64,000 nt of DNA from an uncultured Candidatus Bathyarchaeia archaeon (GTDB lineage Archaea > Thermoproteota > Bathyarchaeia > 40CM-2-53-6), in contig CAZRDM010000006.1 in NCBI GenBank assembly GCA_964598845.1, positions 38,049 to 102,048 of the forward strand, written 5' to 3'. The notes beneath the pieces are model-generated. The model saw only the letters and a program-made list of their open reading frames with translations. It was not told the DNA's origin and ran no database searches. The position numbers and the translations under genes are program-made. This document shows positions 39,542-47,751 of the stretch, piece by piece. Position 1 is the stretch's first letter. The number at the start of each line of letters is the position of its first letter.

Positions 39542-40200
39542 GGAGGAACTGAATCCAGCGGTGGAGCGCTAATTAACCTTGACCCCGGGTATTCGTCATT
39601 AGGTCGGGGAATTATTCGGTGCGGTGAATCTCTGATAGTATGCTTCGGGACATGAGCTCCTCAATCAGATCACTTCGCCTCGCCCCAGATCCCGTTCTCA
39701 GAAGCGGGACAGCTATGTGAGGACTAGGATTGATGTTCTTCAGGATCAAGATTCGTGTACATCGATTCTCTTGGAGATATCTGTGCATTGTGCAAGTTGG
39801 TTACACAGAATTGCGGGAGGTAGTTGCTGGATTGCTTTCGCTCTCAGAGGATCGATCGCGGCAAGAACCAAGCAGCAGAATTGTTCCATTAAGGCTGCCC
39901 TGAGCCTTGCTCCTTTCCATTAGTAAAAAATGCTTATTAGTGGTCATCCCGAGTCCTTTGATGGATCGTTGAACGAAAGGGTTCCGATACGCGTAGTACT
40001 GGTCCTGAGACGGCCCTTGCTATCTCTTTGTCAATGCTAGGCTTGAAAATTCGCTTGGAATGGCATTTTGACATCGCGTGATATTTTTGCGCTGAAAAAT
40101 GGTATAATTCGACTTTTACCAATCACCAATGTGATAACACTTGACCAAATGCTTAAGAGCGCTCCTAAGGGCAACCCTGTTTCCGTGTTAAATCACTCAA

Positions 40201-40206
40201 AGGAGG
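40201..40206 (+). promoter_or_regulatory. Shine-Dalgarno-like AGGAGG 12 nt upstream of the 40219 ATG
   Basis: seen directly in sequence. Confidence 0.5.
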
Positions 40207-40218
40207 ATATTTAGGAAA

Positions 40219-40986
40219 ATGGTCAAGAGATGCCCATCATGCGGCTACAATAACCGCGACGATGCAGCATTCTGTTCAAGTTGCGGCGCCTCACTTGTAG
40301 GCGCAGTGCCCCCCACACTGAAGCCAGTCCCATCAGTTCGAGTTGTGACGCCAGTTGCACCAGGCGGACCGATTAGGGTTCCACCACCGGGACAGTGCTT
40401 CTATCACCCGAACTTGCCGGCGGTCTATGTCTGCAACCGCTGTGGAAGAGCGATCTGCCGAGACGATTCGAAGGCATACATGGACTTGGTCCTCTGTCCT
40501 CAGTGTTATGCTGGTGTAGTGCCTGTGGTTGCCCCACCAGTACAAGTTCCGGCACCAGCATATGCCCCACCGCCAATGCCAGCCGCACCGGCACCAGCAA
40601 TCATGGCCCCGTATCCACCGCCTTTTGTTGCACCAGCAGCCCCAAGAGCCCTCTGGGGATTCATACTCTCAATGATAGCTGGAATCCTCGTGATCCTTAA
40701 CGCTGCTGCATTGCTCTCGAGCCCATTCTACACCTTGTGGTCAGGTGTATTCTTCTGGTTACCAGTCATCGATCCTTCACCAACTCACGGCCTAGTCTTC
40801 GCTATCGGTGCAATAATCGGACTCATCCTAGTAATCGGGTCGATACTCATGTTACTTGGATACGGTACTATTGGAAGCATAGTCGTCTTCCCGCTGGCGG
40901 TTCTGAGTCTGATTATTGGCGGAGGTTTTGTGGCCGGCTTCGTTCTCGGCGTGTTGGGCGGAATTCTCGGCATGCTGGGAAGGTAA
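40219..40986 (+). CDS. membrane-anchored zinc-ribbon + B-box/RING-like zinc-finger protein (candidate small E3-like factor)
   Basis: N-terminal zinc ribbon CPSCGY-x10-CSSCG; second module C-x2-H-x8-C-x2-C-x4-C-x12-C-x2-C (CFYHP..CNRCGRAIC..CPQC); a Pro/Ala-rich linker, then 3-4 TM helices. Confidence 0.6.
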   Translation: MVKRCPSCGYNNRDDAAFCSSCGASLVGAVPPTLKPVPSVRVVTPVAPGGPIRVPPPGQCFYHPNLPAVYVCNRCGRAICRDDSKAYMDLVLCPQCYAGVVPVVAPPVQVPAPAYAPPPMPAAPAPAIMAPYPPPFVAPAAPRALWGFILSMIAGILVILNAAALLSSPFYTLWSGVFFWLPVIDPSPTHGLVFAIGAIIGLILVIGSILMLLGYGTIGSIVVFPLAVLSLIIGGGFVAGFVLGVLGGILGMLGR

Positions 40987-41030
40987 CGCGCTCAACAAGG
41001 TCCCCGATTTTTTATTTTCCTTCGATTTTG

Positions 41031-42578
41031 GTGTGGCCTGTGTCCTATGTTAGCATCTGGAAGCCTGTCAACGACCGTATTGTTCAGGCTTCACGTGAAA
41101 CCGGAAATGAGATCATAGGACTGCTCCTCGGCAAACTCGAAGATGATACGATAATCATCGAAGACTCGATTACGGGCGATTACTTCGCGGAAGAGCATCG
41201 AGTGACTCTGCCTGCAGCAACACTCGCAAAGATTGCAGACGGCATAGTCACTGGGCGAATCAAAGGCAACATTGTGGGCTGGTATCACTCACACACTAAA
41301 GACGGACTCTTCTTCTCGGAGACCGACATTCAAACCCAGAAGCAACTGCAACAGTTTTCGTCCCTCGTCACCGGAATGGTTGTGGACGCCAACACGGGAG
41401 AGGTCGGATACTACAGAATCGACCCGCAGACTGCCAATTCCATCCGTTTATCCGATGATAGGGTTCGGATCTACAAGGAGGCGAGTGAGGCGATTCCTTC
41501 AAGAGTGATAGCGAGAACCCGGGTTCGTCCCACTCCAACCATTGAAATTCGCGAGCACGCGACCCAGCGGGGAACTCCGACTCGGAAAGTGGTTATCGGA
41601 ACGGTCTTGATAACACTCGCAGCGTCCGCAATACTTCTCGGCGCGTTGTTCCTCAGGGGCCCTACAGAGGCAGAGAAACTAAACGTAATCCTTGCGCCTG
41701 TCTCAAGCGCCACGGTTGGAACGCCCATTGAGATCAAAGCCAATGTTACGGGTCAGGTTCGCAATGTAACCCTAGTCTACGCTACTTCGGGTGCTTCATT
41801 CAAATCGATGGACATCAGTCCGCGCTTACCCGGCGAGTATGCCTACGTAATATCGGGCCAAGAAGTTACAGGGAACATCGCCTACTACATCAAAGCAATC
41901 GACACTTCTGGCAACGTGGTTCGTACGGATCTGATGCACATTCCAGTTTCAGACTACCTGATCGTCGCGAGGACGGCGGAACTGACAGTTTACAGGAACC
42001 GATCTGCCACAGCCCACCTCGCCTTGCTCCCAATAAACGGTTTCAGCCAATCAGTGACTCTAAGCGCGTCAGCACCCCAAGGACTCACTTTGACGTTTAC
42101 TCCGAACCCAGTCCTCGGCGGAACGCTAGAGCTCACGATGAATGCTGTAGCCAGCGACGACATGCCGAATGGCACCTTCCCTCTTTCCATAACTGCCACC
42201 TACTCTCCCCCCGAGGCTCCGCGGGTAACCCGTCAAACAACAATCGCCATCACAATAGCAGACTTCGATCTGCAGGCTTCTCCGACCTCAAAACAAGTCT
42301 CAAGGGGAACCACATCCGTCGCCTACACCTTGACCCTAACAATACAACAAGGCTTCGTAGATCCCATTACGGTCACCGTTTCGGGAATCCCACCCGGCGC
42401 AAGATATCAGTTGACAACCACAAGTACGACGATGTTGGCTAGCGGCGCAGGCTCAAGGACGATAATGCTCCAAATCACGTTAACCCCAAGCGTCAAGCTC
42501 GGAAACTATACTTTATCCATAAGTGCAACAGGTGGAACCATCGTCCATACTGAAACTGTGGAACTCATAGTAAGATAG
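41031..42578 (+). CDS. JAMM/MPN+ (Rpn11/Mov34-type) metalloprotease fused to a TM helix and a long extracytoplasmic beta-rich (Ig-like repeat) domain
   Basis: JAMM motif E..GLLLG ... GWYHSHTKDGLFFSETD (ExnHxHx7Sx2D). The start is placed at the GTG/TTG at 41028-41031 because the 5' part of ORF 40737-42578 overlaps the upstream gene. A TM segment lies near residue 290 and is followed by about 300 aa of Thr/Ser-rich beta repeats. Confidence 0.8.
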   Translation: MWPVSYVSIWKPVNDRIVQASRETGNEIIGLLLGKLEDDTIIIEDSITGDYFAEEHRVTLPAATLAKIADGIVTGRIKGNIVGWYHSHTKDGLFFSETDIQTQKQLQQFSSLVTGMVVDANTGEVGYYRIDPQTANSIRLSDDRVRIYKEASEAIPSRVIARTRVRPTPTIEIREHATQRGTPTRKVVIGTVLITLAASAILLGALFLRGPTEAEKLNVILAPVSSATVGTPIEIKANVTGQVRNVTLVYATSGASFKSMDISPRLPGEYAYVISGQEVTGNIAYYIKAIDTSGNVVRTDLMHIPVSDYLIVARTAELTVYRNRSATAHLALLPINGFSQSVTLSASAPQGLTLTFTPNPVLGGTLELTMNAVASDDMPNGTFPLSITATYSPPEAPRVTRQTTIAITIADFDLQASPTSKQVSRGTTSVAYTLTLTIQQGFVDPITVTVSGIPPGARYQLTTTSTTMLASGAGSRTIMLQITLTPSVKLGNYTLSISATGGTIVHTETVELIVR

Positions 42579-42616
42579 TTTAAGCTCGACCGTGGAAATG
42601 CCAAATTAGCATGAGC

Positions 42617-42624
42617 GGAGGTGA
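42617..42624 (+). promoter_or_regulatory. Shine-Dalgarno GGAGGTGA 10 nt upstream of the ATG at 42635
   Basis: seen directly; it supports the internal ATG as the true start of the ubiquitin-like gene. Confidence 0.5.
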
Positions 42625-42634
42625 AACACCCCAA

Positions 42635-42877
42635 ATGAAACTCTTCGTGCAGGCGCCGATCGGTCCTCAGACGGGTCTAGCGGAAATAGATGTGATTCCC
42701 GATCACACTGTCGCTGAGATTAAGCAGCAGGTCTGCCAATCCTTCGGCGTCGATCCTACAACTGTTGCGCTCATGTACGGAGGCGCAATACTCGACGAGA
42801 ACACGACAGTCTCAAGGCTTGGTATACCTGAAAACGCTCAACTCGCCCTCATGCCATACACCATCATTGGCGGATAA
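42635..42877 (+). CDS. ubiquitin-like beta-grasp protein with C-terminal Gly-Gly
   Basis: the 80 aa MKLFVQ...LALMPYTIIGG* shows the Ub pattern (MQIFVK / hydrophobic core / C-terminal GG immediately before the stop). Confidence 0.8.
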   Translation: MKLFVQAPIGPQTGLAEIDVIPDHTVAEIKQQVCQSFGVDPTTVALMYGGAILDENTTVSRLGIPENAQLALMPYTIIGG

Positions 42878-42889
42878 GGCTGGTCGAAA

Positions 42890-43474
42890 ATGGACATTTC
42901 ATTGCTCTACAAGGAGAAGAATCTGCTCAACCATCAGTTCCCCACAGTAACCTCGCTGAACGACCCTCCAACGCAATTCGAAGGCCTCATACGCTGCGAG
43001 AAGGGAGAGGTCAAGAAACTCGCAGAGAAGGGAATCTGGCCATTCACCGAGTACGCCAACTGGAACCGCTTCCGACTCGAACTCTCCCCTGAATATCCCC
43101 TGAAACCACCGATAGCAACATGGCTCAGCAACATCTCACACCCCAATATCGTCCCGAACATAGCGAATGCAGTATGTGTTTCCATATTGGGCGAGAAATG
43201 GGATCCTAGGCTGAAGCTGATCTCCGTAGTCAACGCATTTCATTACCTCCTGACCGATCCCAATCCTCAGAACGTCTTCGACCACCCCCGCTCCCTTAAG
43301 GCAGCCAACGTCTGCCGATCCTACGGATTCCCGAAGATGACAAAGAATCAGCAGACAATGAGGGACCCAGACGACATAGTCCGATTCAACATTGTGCCAG
43401 TGCCTAGATTGACATCCCTCCCGTCCGCACCCGGGGACATAGTAAGGTTTTCGATTCCTGGGAGAGAACGCTGA
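42890..43474 (+). CDS. UBC-fold E2-like ubiquitin-conjugating enzyme
   Basis: HPN motif and catalytic Cys region HPNIVPNIANAVCVSILGEKWDP, followed by LTDPNPQNVFDHP (UBC helix-3 PNP motif). Confidence 0.75.
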   Translation: MDISLLYKEKNLLNHQFPTVTSLNDPPTQFEGLIRCEKGEVKKLAEKGIWPFTEYANWNRFRLELSPEYPLKPPIATWLSNISHPNIVPNIANAVCVSILGEKWDPRLKLISVVNAFHYLLTDPNPQNVFDHPRSLKAANVCRSYGFPKMTKNQQTMRDPDDIVRFNIVPVPRLTSLPSAPGDIVRFSIPGRER

Positions 43475-43482
43475 GCGTCGTT

Positions 43483-44733
43483 TTGATGCGCGTGAGAGCC
43501 TCTCTCCCCTCCTACAAGGAAATCGAGGTGGAGCTGAACTCAGGAAAGACCGTGGGAGAACTCAAACAGCTCCTATGCTCGAGACTGGGAATAGAACCTG
43601 AACTCACGAAACTCTTGCTTCACAATGAAGCACTCTCTGAAAAGTCACGCATATCGAAGCTCAAAGAAATCGACACCCCACTGGTCATAGACTACCTTTG
43701 GGCCCGCCATCTAATTCTCTGGGGACCTGAAGGTCAAAGAAGAATTCGGTCATCGTCGGTCCTGATCGCCGGCGCAGGCGCCATCGGTAACGAAGTTGCG
43801 AAGAACCTCGCGATGCTGGGTGTTGGCAGGCTATTTATCGTTGACCGCGACAGAGTTGAAATGTCCAATGTCAGTCGGATGATATTCTTCGAACCGAACG
43901 ATTTGGGTATGAACAAGGCAGAAGTGCTAGCCAAGAACATTCACAGGAAGTTTCGTTTCGTCGAGACGATGGCCTTCAGAGGCGAATTGGAAAATCTCCC
44001 CCACAAGTTCTATTTGGATTCCGATGTCCTAATCTGCGGACTTGACAATGTAGCCTCAAGGATTTTTCTCACACAACTCTGCCGGAAGTATGACATCCCG
44101 ATGGTGGACGGAGGAATAACTGGACTCAACGCGAGAGTCCACATCTTCATCCCTCCCGACGACGCCTGCCCCATCTGCATCTTTCCACAGAGTCAATATT
44201 CGCAGATAATCGGCTTGCGCAATCCCTGTGACGCACCCGTGGAGCAAGAAGCCGTCCCGTCCTTCGCAACCTCAATATCACTGGTTTCCTCAATCCTGTC
44301 ACAGGAAGCCATCAAACTCATCTTGGGCCTGAAGGAGCAGCGGCGACGCGCAAGATGGCCCGAGAATGTTGGCCAGCCGTTAAAATCTGTTCTCTTCATC
44401 GATCTCAAGAACAACCGATACTCTCCAATGGACCTGAAGCGAAACGAGAGATGCCTCGTATGCGGAAGACAAGGGACCGCTAGGGAACTTGTGCCACGCC
44501 TCGAGCTACCGATCAAGAACGTCCGTGACTCAAGGAGAGATGTGGAGAAAGTGATTCGAATTGCCGTTAATGCAGAAAACAGAAGCCTCACAGTCTTCTC
44601 CGAAACATCTCGCGGGACCAGAAGACTAGACCTGTCCCGTCTCATGGAGAGTCTTGAAAGAGGCGATTACCTAAGAATCCTAGCTGAGGACAAGAATGGA
44701 GAACTACATGAATCAATAGTCAAACTGACGTAG
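43483..44733 (+). CDS. E1-like ThiF/MoeB/UBA-family activating enzyme with N-terminal ubiquitin-like domain and CxxC zinc motifs
   Basis: Rossmann VLIAGAGAIGNEVAKNL, DRDRVEMSNVSRM (E1 D-x-D-x-V-E-x-SN-x-R), CPICIF / CLVCG zinc pairs. The first about 75 aa have a beta-grasp-like pattern. Confidence 0.8.
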   Translation: MMRVRASLPSYKEIEVELNSGKTVGELKQLLCSRLGIEPELTKLLLHNEALSEKSRISKLKEIDTPLVIDYLWARHLILWGPEGQRRIRSSSVLIAGAGAIGNEVAKNLAMLGVGRLFIVDRDRVEMSNVSRMIFFEPNDLGMNKAEVLAKNIHRKFRFVETMAFRGELENLPHKFYLDSDVLICGLDNVASRIFLTQLCRKYDIPMVDGGITGLNARVHIFIPPDDACPICIFPQSQYSQIIGLRNPCDAPVEQEAVPSFATSISLVSSILSQEAIKLILGLKEQRRRARWPENVGQPLKSVLFIDLKNNRYSPMDLKRNERCLVCGRQGTARELVPRLELPIKNVRDSRRDVEKVIRIAVNAENRSLTVFSETSRGTRRLDLSRLMESLERGDYLRILAEDKNGELHESIVKLT

Positions 44734-44784
44734 CAATCGTTTGCACCCAATTGCCGCTCGCGAGGAAGCAATGATTCAGTGAAG

Positions 44785-44940
44785 ATGCTCGGGGACTCGA
44801 AGCTTACGCGGAAGTTTCAGGTGGCGATCCCGAAATCTGTGAGAGAGATTTTGAAGTTGCACACTGGCGACCTTCTGGTCTTCGTGAAGAACCACGATGA
44901 AATCGTGGCGAAGAGAGGTCGGGTTGAGATTGAGCCATGA
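44785..44940 (+). CDS. AbrB/SpoVT-type swapped-hairpin DNA-binding protein (51 aa)
   Basis: KFQVAIPKSVREILKLHTGDLLVF matches the AbrB/MazE fold consensus; below the ORF-track cutoff. Confidence 0.5.
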   Translation: MLGDSKLTRKFQVAIPKSVREILKLHTGDLLVFVKNHDEIVAKRGRVEIEP

Positions 44941-45557
44941 GTCTACCCGATCACGCGCCTATGAGACTGGCGCCATGCGTCTAAGGTTCGCGGTCGCTTT
45001 CGCTGTGATGGCTGGGCTTGTGGGCTTCTATGGCTTCGCCCAGGAATAGGGCGATCTTCTTGTCTTATCGACCGATGTGATCTTCGTTATCGTTTCAGGC
45101 GTCTCCGCTCTTTTTGCGGGACTTGTACTTCGCAGGTGGGGGCTTGATCGGTGCGGGTTCGAGTTGGATCTTTATTGGGGTGGTACTCGTAACATTGGGC
45201 AACATCACCTTCTCTCTGGGGACGCTCGAAGAATGGTACTATTCAGGCCATCCCTCGTAACTGCTCTATCTGGCTGGATACATCAGCCTGGCTCTAGGTT
45301 TTCTCGCTCAAAGATCAGTATTTGACCTTCTTGAGCCGGGAACGCGGAGAGGTTGAGTTGGGTTGAGTTCCTCTAAGGGCAGATTGGTTCATGGAACAGC
45401 CAACACCGAGGATCCCGAGGAGGCGCCATACCATCTAACATGTCAACAATAGGGCTCTAGACAATTCCATTCAGATGCCCAGAACAAACCAAAGCTTCAA
45501 AGAAAGAGCGGGAATAGTTAAAAAATCCATCATACCAAAGAAAGCCCGGGTTCCATT

Positions 45558-45950
45558 ATGGCCGTATGCCACGTATGCGGTAAGTCGAATGCTGACGATG
45601 CTAGGTTCTGCTTCAGTTGCGGCACACAACTCTCTCAAACCCCGCCTGTAAAAGTGGAGGTGAAATCGCCACTGGCCGGTGTTCCCCCTGCGCCTGCAGT
45701 CCCCCCCATGTATACTCCCAGGGCATTGCCCAGACCGGGAATGTGTTACTACCATCCCGATCTGCCGTCTTCCTTCGTGTGTTCGAGGTGCGGCCGATCC
45801 ATTTGCGCAGGATGCTACAAGCCCTACGGCGTACTCAGTTTCTGTCCAGAATGTTTCTGGGGATTAGCCCCCAAGCTTGGTTACCAAGCGGCGCAGTATC
45901 TACAGTACGCAATGGGGCAGCAGCAGGAACAGCCTCGATCCTTATTCTAA
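45558..45950 (+). CDS. soluble zinc-ribbon + B-box/RING-like zinc-finger protein, paralogue of the 40219 gene
   Basis: CHVCG-x10-CFSCG, then CYYHP..CSRCGRSIC..CPEC with the same spacing as in 40219-40986; a Pro-rich linker and no TM domain. Confidence 0.55.
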   Translation: MAVCHVCGKSNADDARFCFSCGTQLSQTPPVKVEVKSPLAGVPPAPAVPPMYTPRALPRPGMCYYHPDLPSSFVCSRCGRSICAGCYKPYGVLSFCPECFWGLAPKLGYQAAQYLQYAMGQQQEQPRSLF

Positions 45951-45954
45951 TCGG

Positions 45955-47625
45955 TTAGGCCAAGCGCCCCTCTTTCTTCAATTTCTCCGCTACTTCTTTG
46001 AGTTCATCCACTGAGATTCGGAGATCCTTCGCTGCTCTACTTAGAGATATTACTCCTTCGTGTTTGACGATGTAATCGTAGACCTTATCCTCTAACGAGA
46101 TTGGCGGCGTCGGCCCGCCCAGAGGTGCTCCGCATTTTTGACAAAAAGTGGCACCCTGCGGCATGCGACTCCTGCAACTGCTGCACACCAAGGTTACTCG
46201 CGCAGGTGCTGGAATAGGACGAGGCATTGGTGTCCTTGGCCCAATCATCCCGCGCCTGTAGGCTATTCCAATGCCAATAGCAAGTGCAGCGATAGCAACG
46301 GCGCTACCTCCAAAAAGGCTGATCAGGGGGAGATAATCAATAGTCCACACAGCCTCAACAACATACGGTCCGTCCACAATCAGTGTCCAAGAATCATCAG
46401 TCTGGGTTAGGCTTCCTCTCTCAGGATCGAGATGCCAGCCTGTGAGTGTGTAGGAGATCGGCCACGTTCCGGCGGTAGTTGATGACGCTATCTTGGCGAC
46501 GGAACCTTTATCGTACCATCCGGAACCTGAAACTGAACCATAGGAAGAACGAACCTCGACGTAGTATTGAGTCTCGTACGAAAGTATGACCTTGCGCGCT
46601 TTGTCCATGAAGACAGTGACAGAGACATCTGAGGATGAAGAACCATCATCGATCCAGGCGACAAGACTCAGTCGCTCAACGGTGCTTAGATTGATGATGA
46701 TCGGGGCAGGTCCAAGTTGCACATTCTGGTTCGCGTCATACCAGCCCGTATGCGTTTCATTGAAGGATGTTGATATGCTCACTGGCTCGTATTGAACTGT
46801 GAGCAAGTACTGAGCGATATAATGGGCTACGATCACATTCGGACGATCCATTAACACGTTTCCGGTTGAGGATTGCCCTGAGTATGCACCGCTCCAGTGG
46901 CTGAATCTAAGACGCGTGTCTCCGGTTGTGGGCACAATTGCAGCTGCGGCGAAATCTGCTTGACTATTGGCATCGTACCACCCATCGCCCCTCAGACCGC
47001 TGACGTTGGGTGGATCCGATTCGATGGTAAGAGAGTACTGTGTCTTCCATATCGCTATCGCCTTCTTTGGACTGTTCATCAGAATGCCGTCCGATGTCAA
47101 CCCCCCGCCAGAGATGTCTCCAGCCCAGCCTGTGAAGACATGCCGAATTCCAACACTCTCGCTGATCTCTCCTTCCCTGAGGCTTGCATGGACTATTGTC
47201 CCATCATCGTACCAGCCCTCACCTTCCGCAGAGCTGTAGCTAGTCTCTATGGTGAGGTAGTACTGGGCGGTGTATGTGAATGTGTGATTGCCCGCTCCAC
47301 TGAATAACCATGACGTATCCTTCTCATAGTACCTGGCTCCGTCAAGCCCCACACTGTTCGGAACGTAATAGTCTACAGTAATTATGTGGGCGTTGGGCGA
47401 CGTCATGAATGTGAACGAACGCGTCTGTCCACCGCTCAAGGTGCTGTTCGGGGCGCCGTCAATGTAGATATCCGTGCTTATGGTCGATGGAAGACCTTGA
47501 ATCGTAATCGTCACTGTGTACGTCGTTTGTCCATTCACGCCCGATGTCAACGAGACGACCAGACTCAGGCATAGCACGGATAATGCTAGAATCCCTGTTC
47601 TCAATTGCAACTCCGGCCGTCTCAT
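45955..47625 (-). CDS. bitopic membrane protein: signal peptide + large beta-rich ectodomain + TM + cytoplasmic zinc ribbon + winged helix
   Basis: 556 aa; the N-terminal signal peptide and Thr/Ser/Gly-rich ectodomain are followed by a TM helix (AVAIAALAIGIGIAY), then CSSCRS..CQKCG and a C-terminal wHTH-like domain YDYIVKHEGVISLSRAAKDLRISVDELKEV. Confidence 0.55.
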   Translation of the reverse strand: MRRPELQLRTGILALSVLCLSLVVSLTSGVNGQTTYTVTITIQGLPSTISTDIYIDGAPNSTLSGGQTRSFTFMTSPNAHIITVDYYVPNSVGLDGARYYEKDTSWLFSGAGNHTFTYTAQYYLTIETSYSSAEGEGWYDDGTIVHASLREGEISESVGIRHVFTGWAGDISGGGLTSDGILMNSPKKAIAIWKTQYSLTIESDPPNVSGLRGDGWYDANSQADFAAAAIVPTTGDTRLRFSHWSGAYSGQSSTGNVLMDRPNVIVAHYIAQYLLTVQYEPVSISTSFNETHTGWYDANQNVQLGPAPIIINLSTVERLSLVAWIDDGSSSSDVSVTVFMDKARKVILSYETQYYVEVRSSYGSVSGSGWYDKGSVAKIASSTTAGTWPISYTLTGWHLDPERGSLTQTDDSWTLIVDGPYVVEAVWTIDYLPLISLFGGSAVAIAALAIGIGIAYRRGMIGPRTPMPRPIPAPARVTLVCSSCRSRMPQGATFCQKCGAPLGGPTPPISLEDKVYDYIVKHEGVISLSRAAKDLRISVDELKEVAEKLKKEGRLA

Positions 47626-47751
47626 TCACGAAGTTCGGGAGTTCAACGCCTTAAGTATTTTACATATCCACATTCATTCTAGGCTTAGGAACCGAATGCG
47701 CTTAGCGCGCATCCATGCGCGAGAAAGGCATCTCTAGGAACTGAACGAAAA

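Noticed and set aside
40737-41030. 5' part of ORF 40737-42578 (the JAMM gene)
   Set aside because: The first about 98 codons overlap the 3' end of the upstream zinc-finger gene in another frame. They encode an Arg/Ser-rich nonsense-like peptide. A T-rich tract follows the upstream stop, and the JAMM N-terminal consensus begins right after the TTG/GTG at 41028-41031.
42611-42634. the longer start (MSGGETPQ...) for the ubiquitin-like gene
   Set aside because: A GGAGGTGA Shine-Dalgarno lies inside this extension, 10 nt upstream of the next ATG. Starting at MKLFVQ gives a canonical Ub-like N-terminus, so the shorter gene is preferred.
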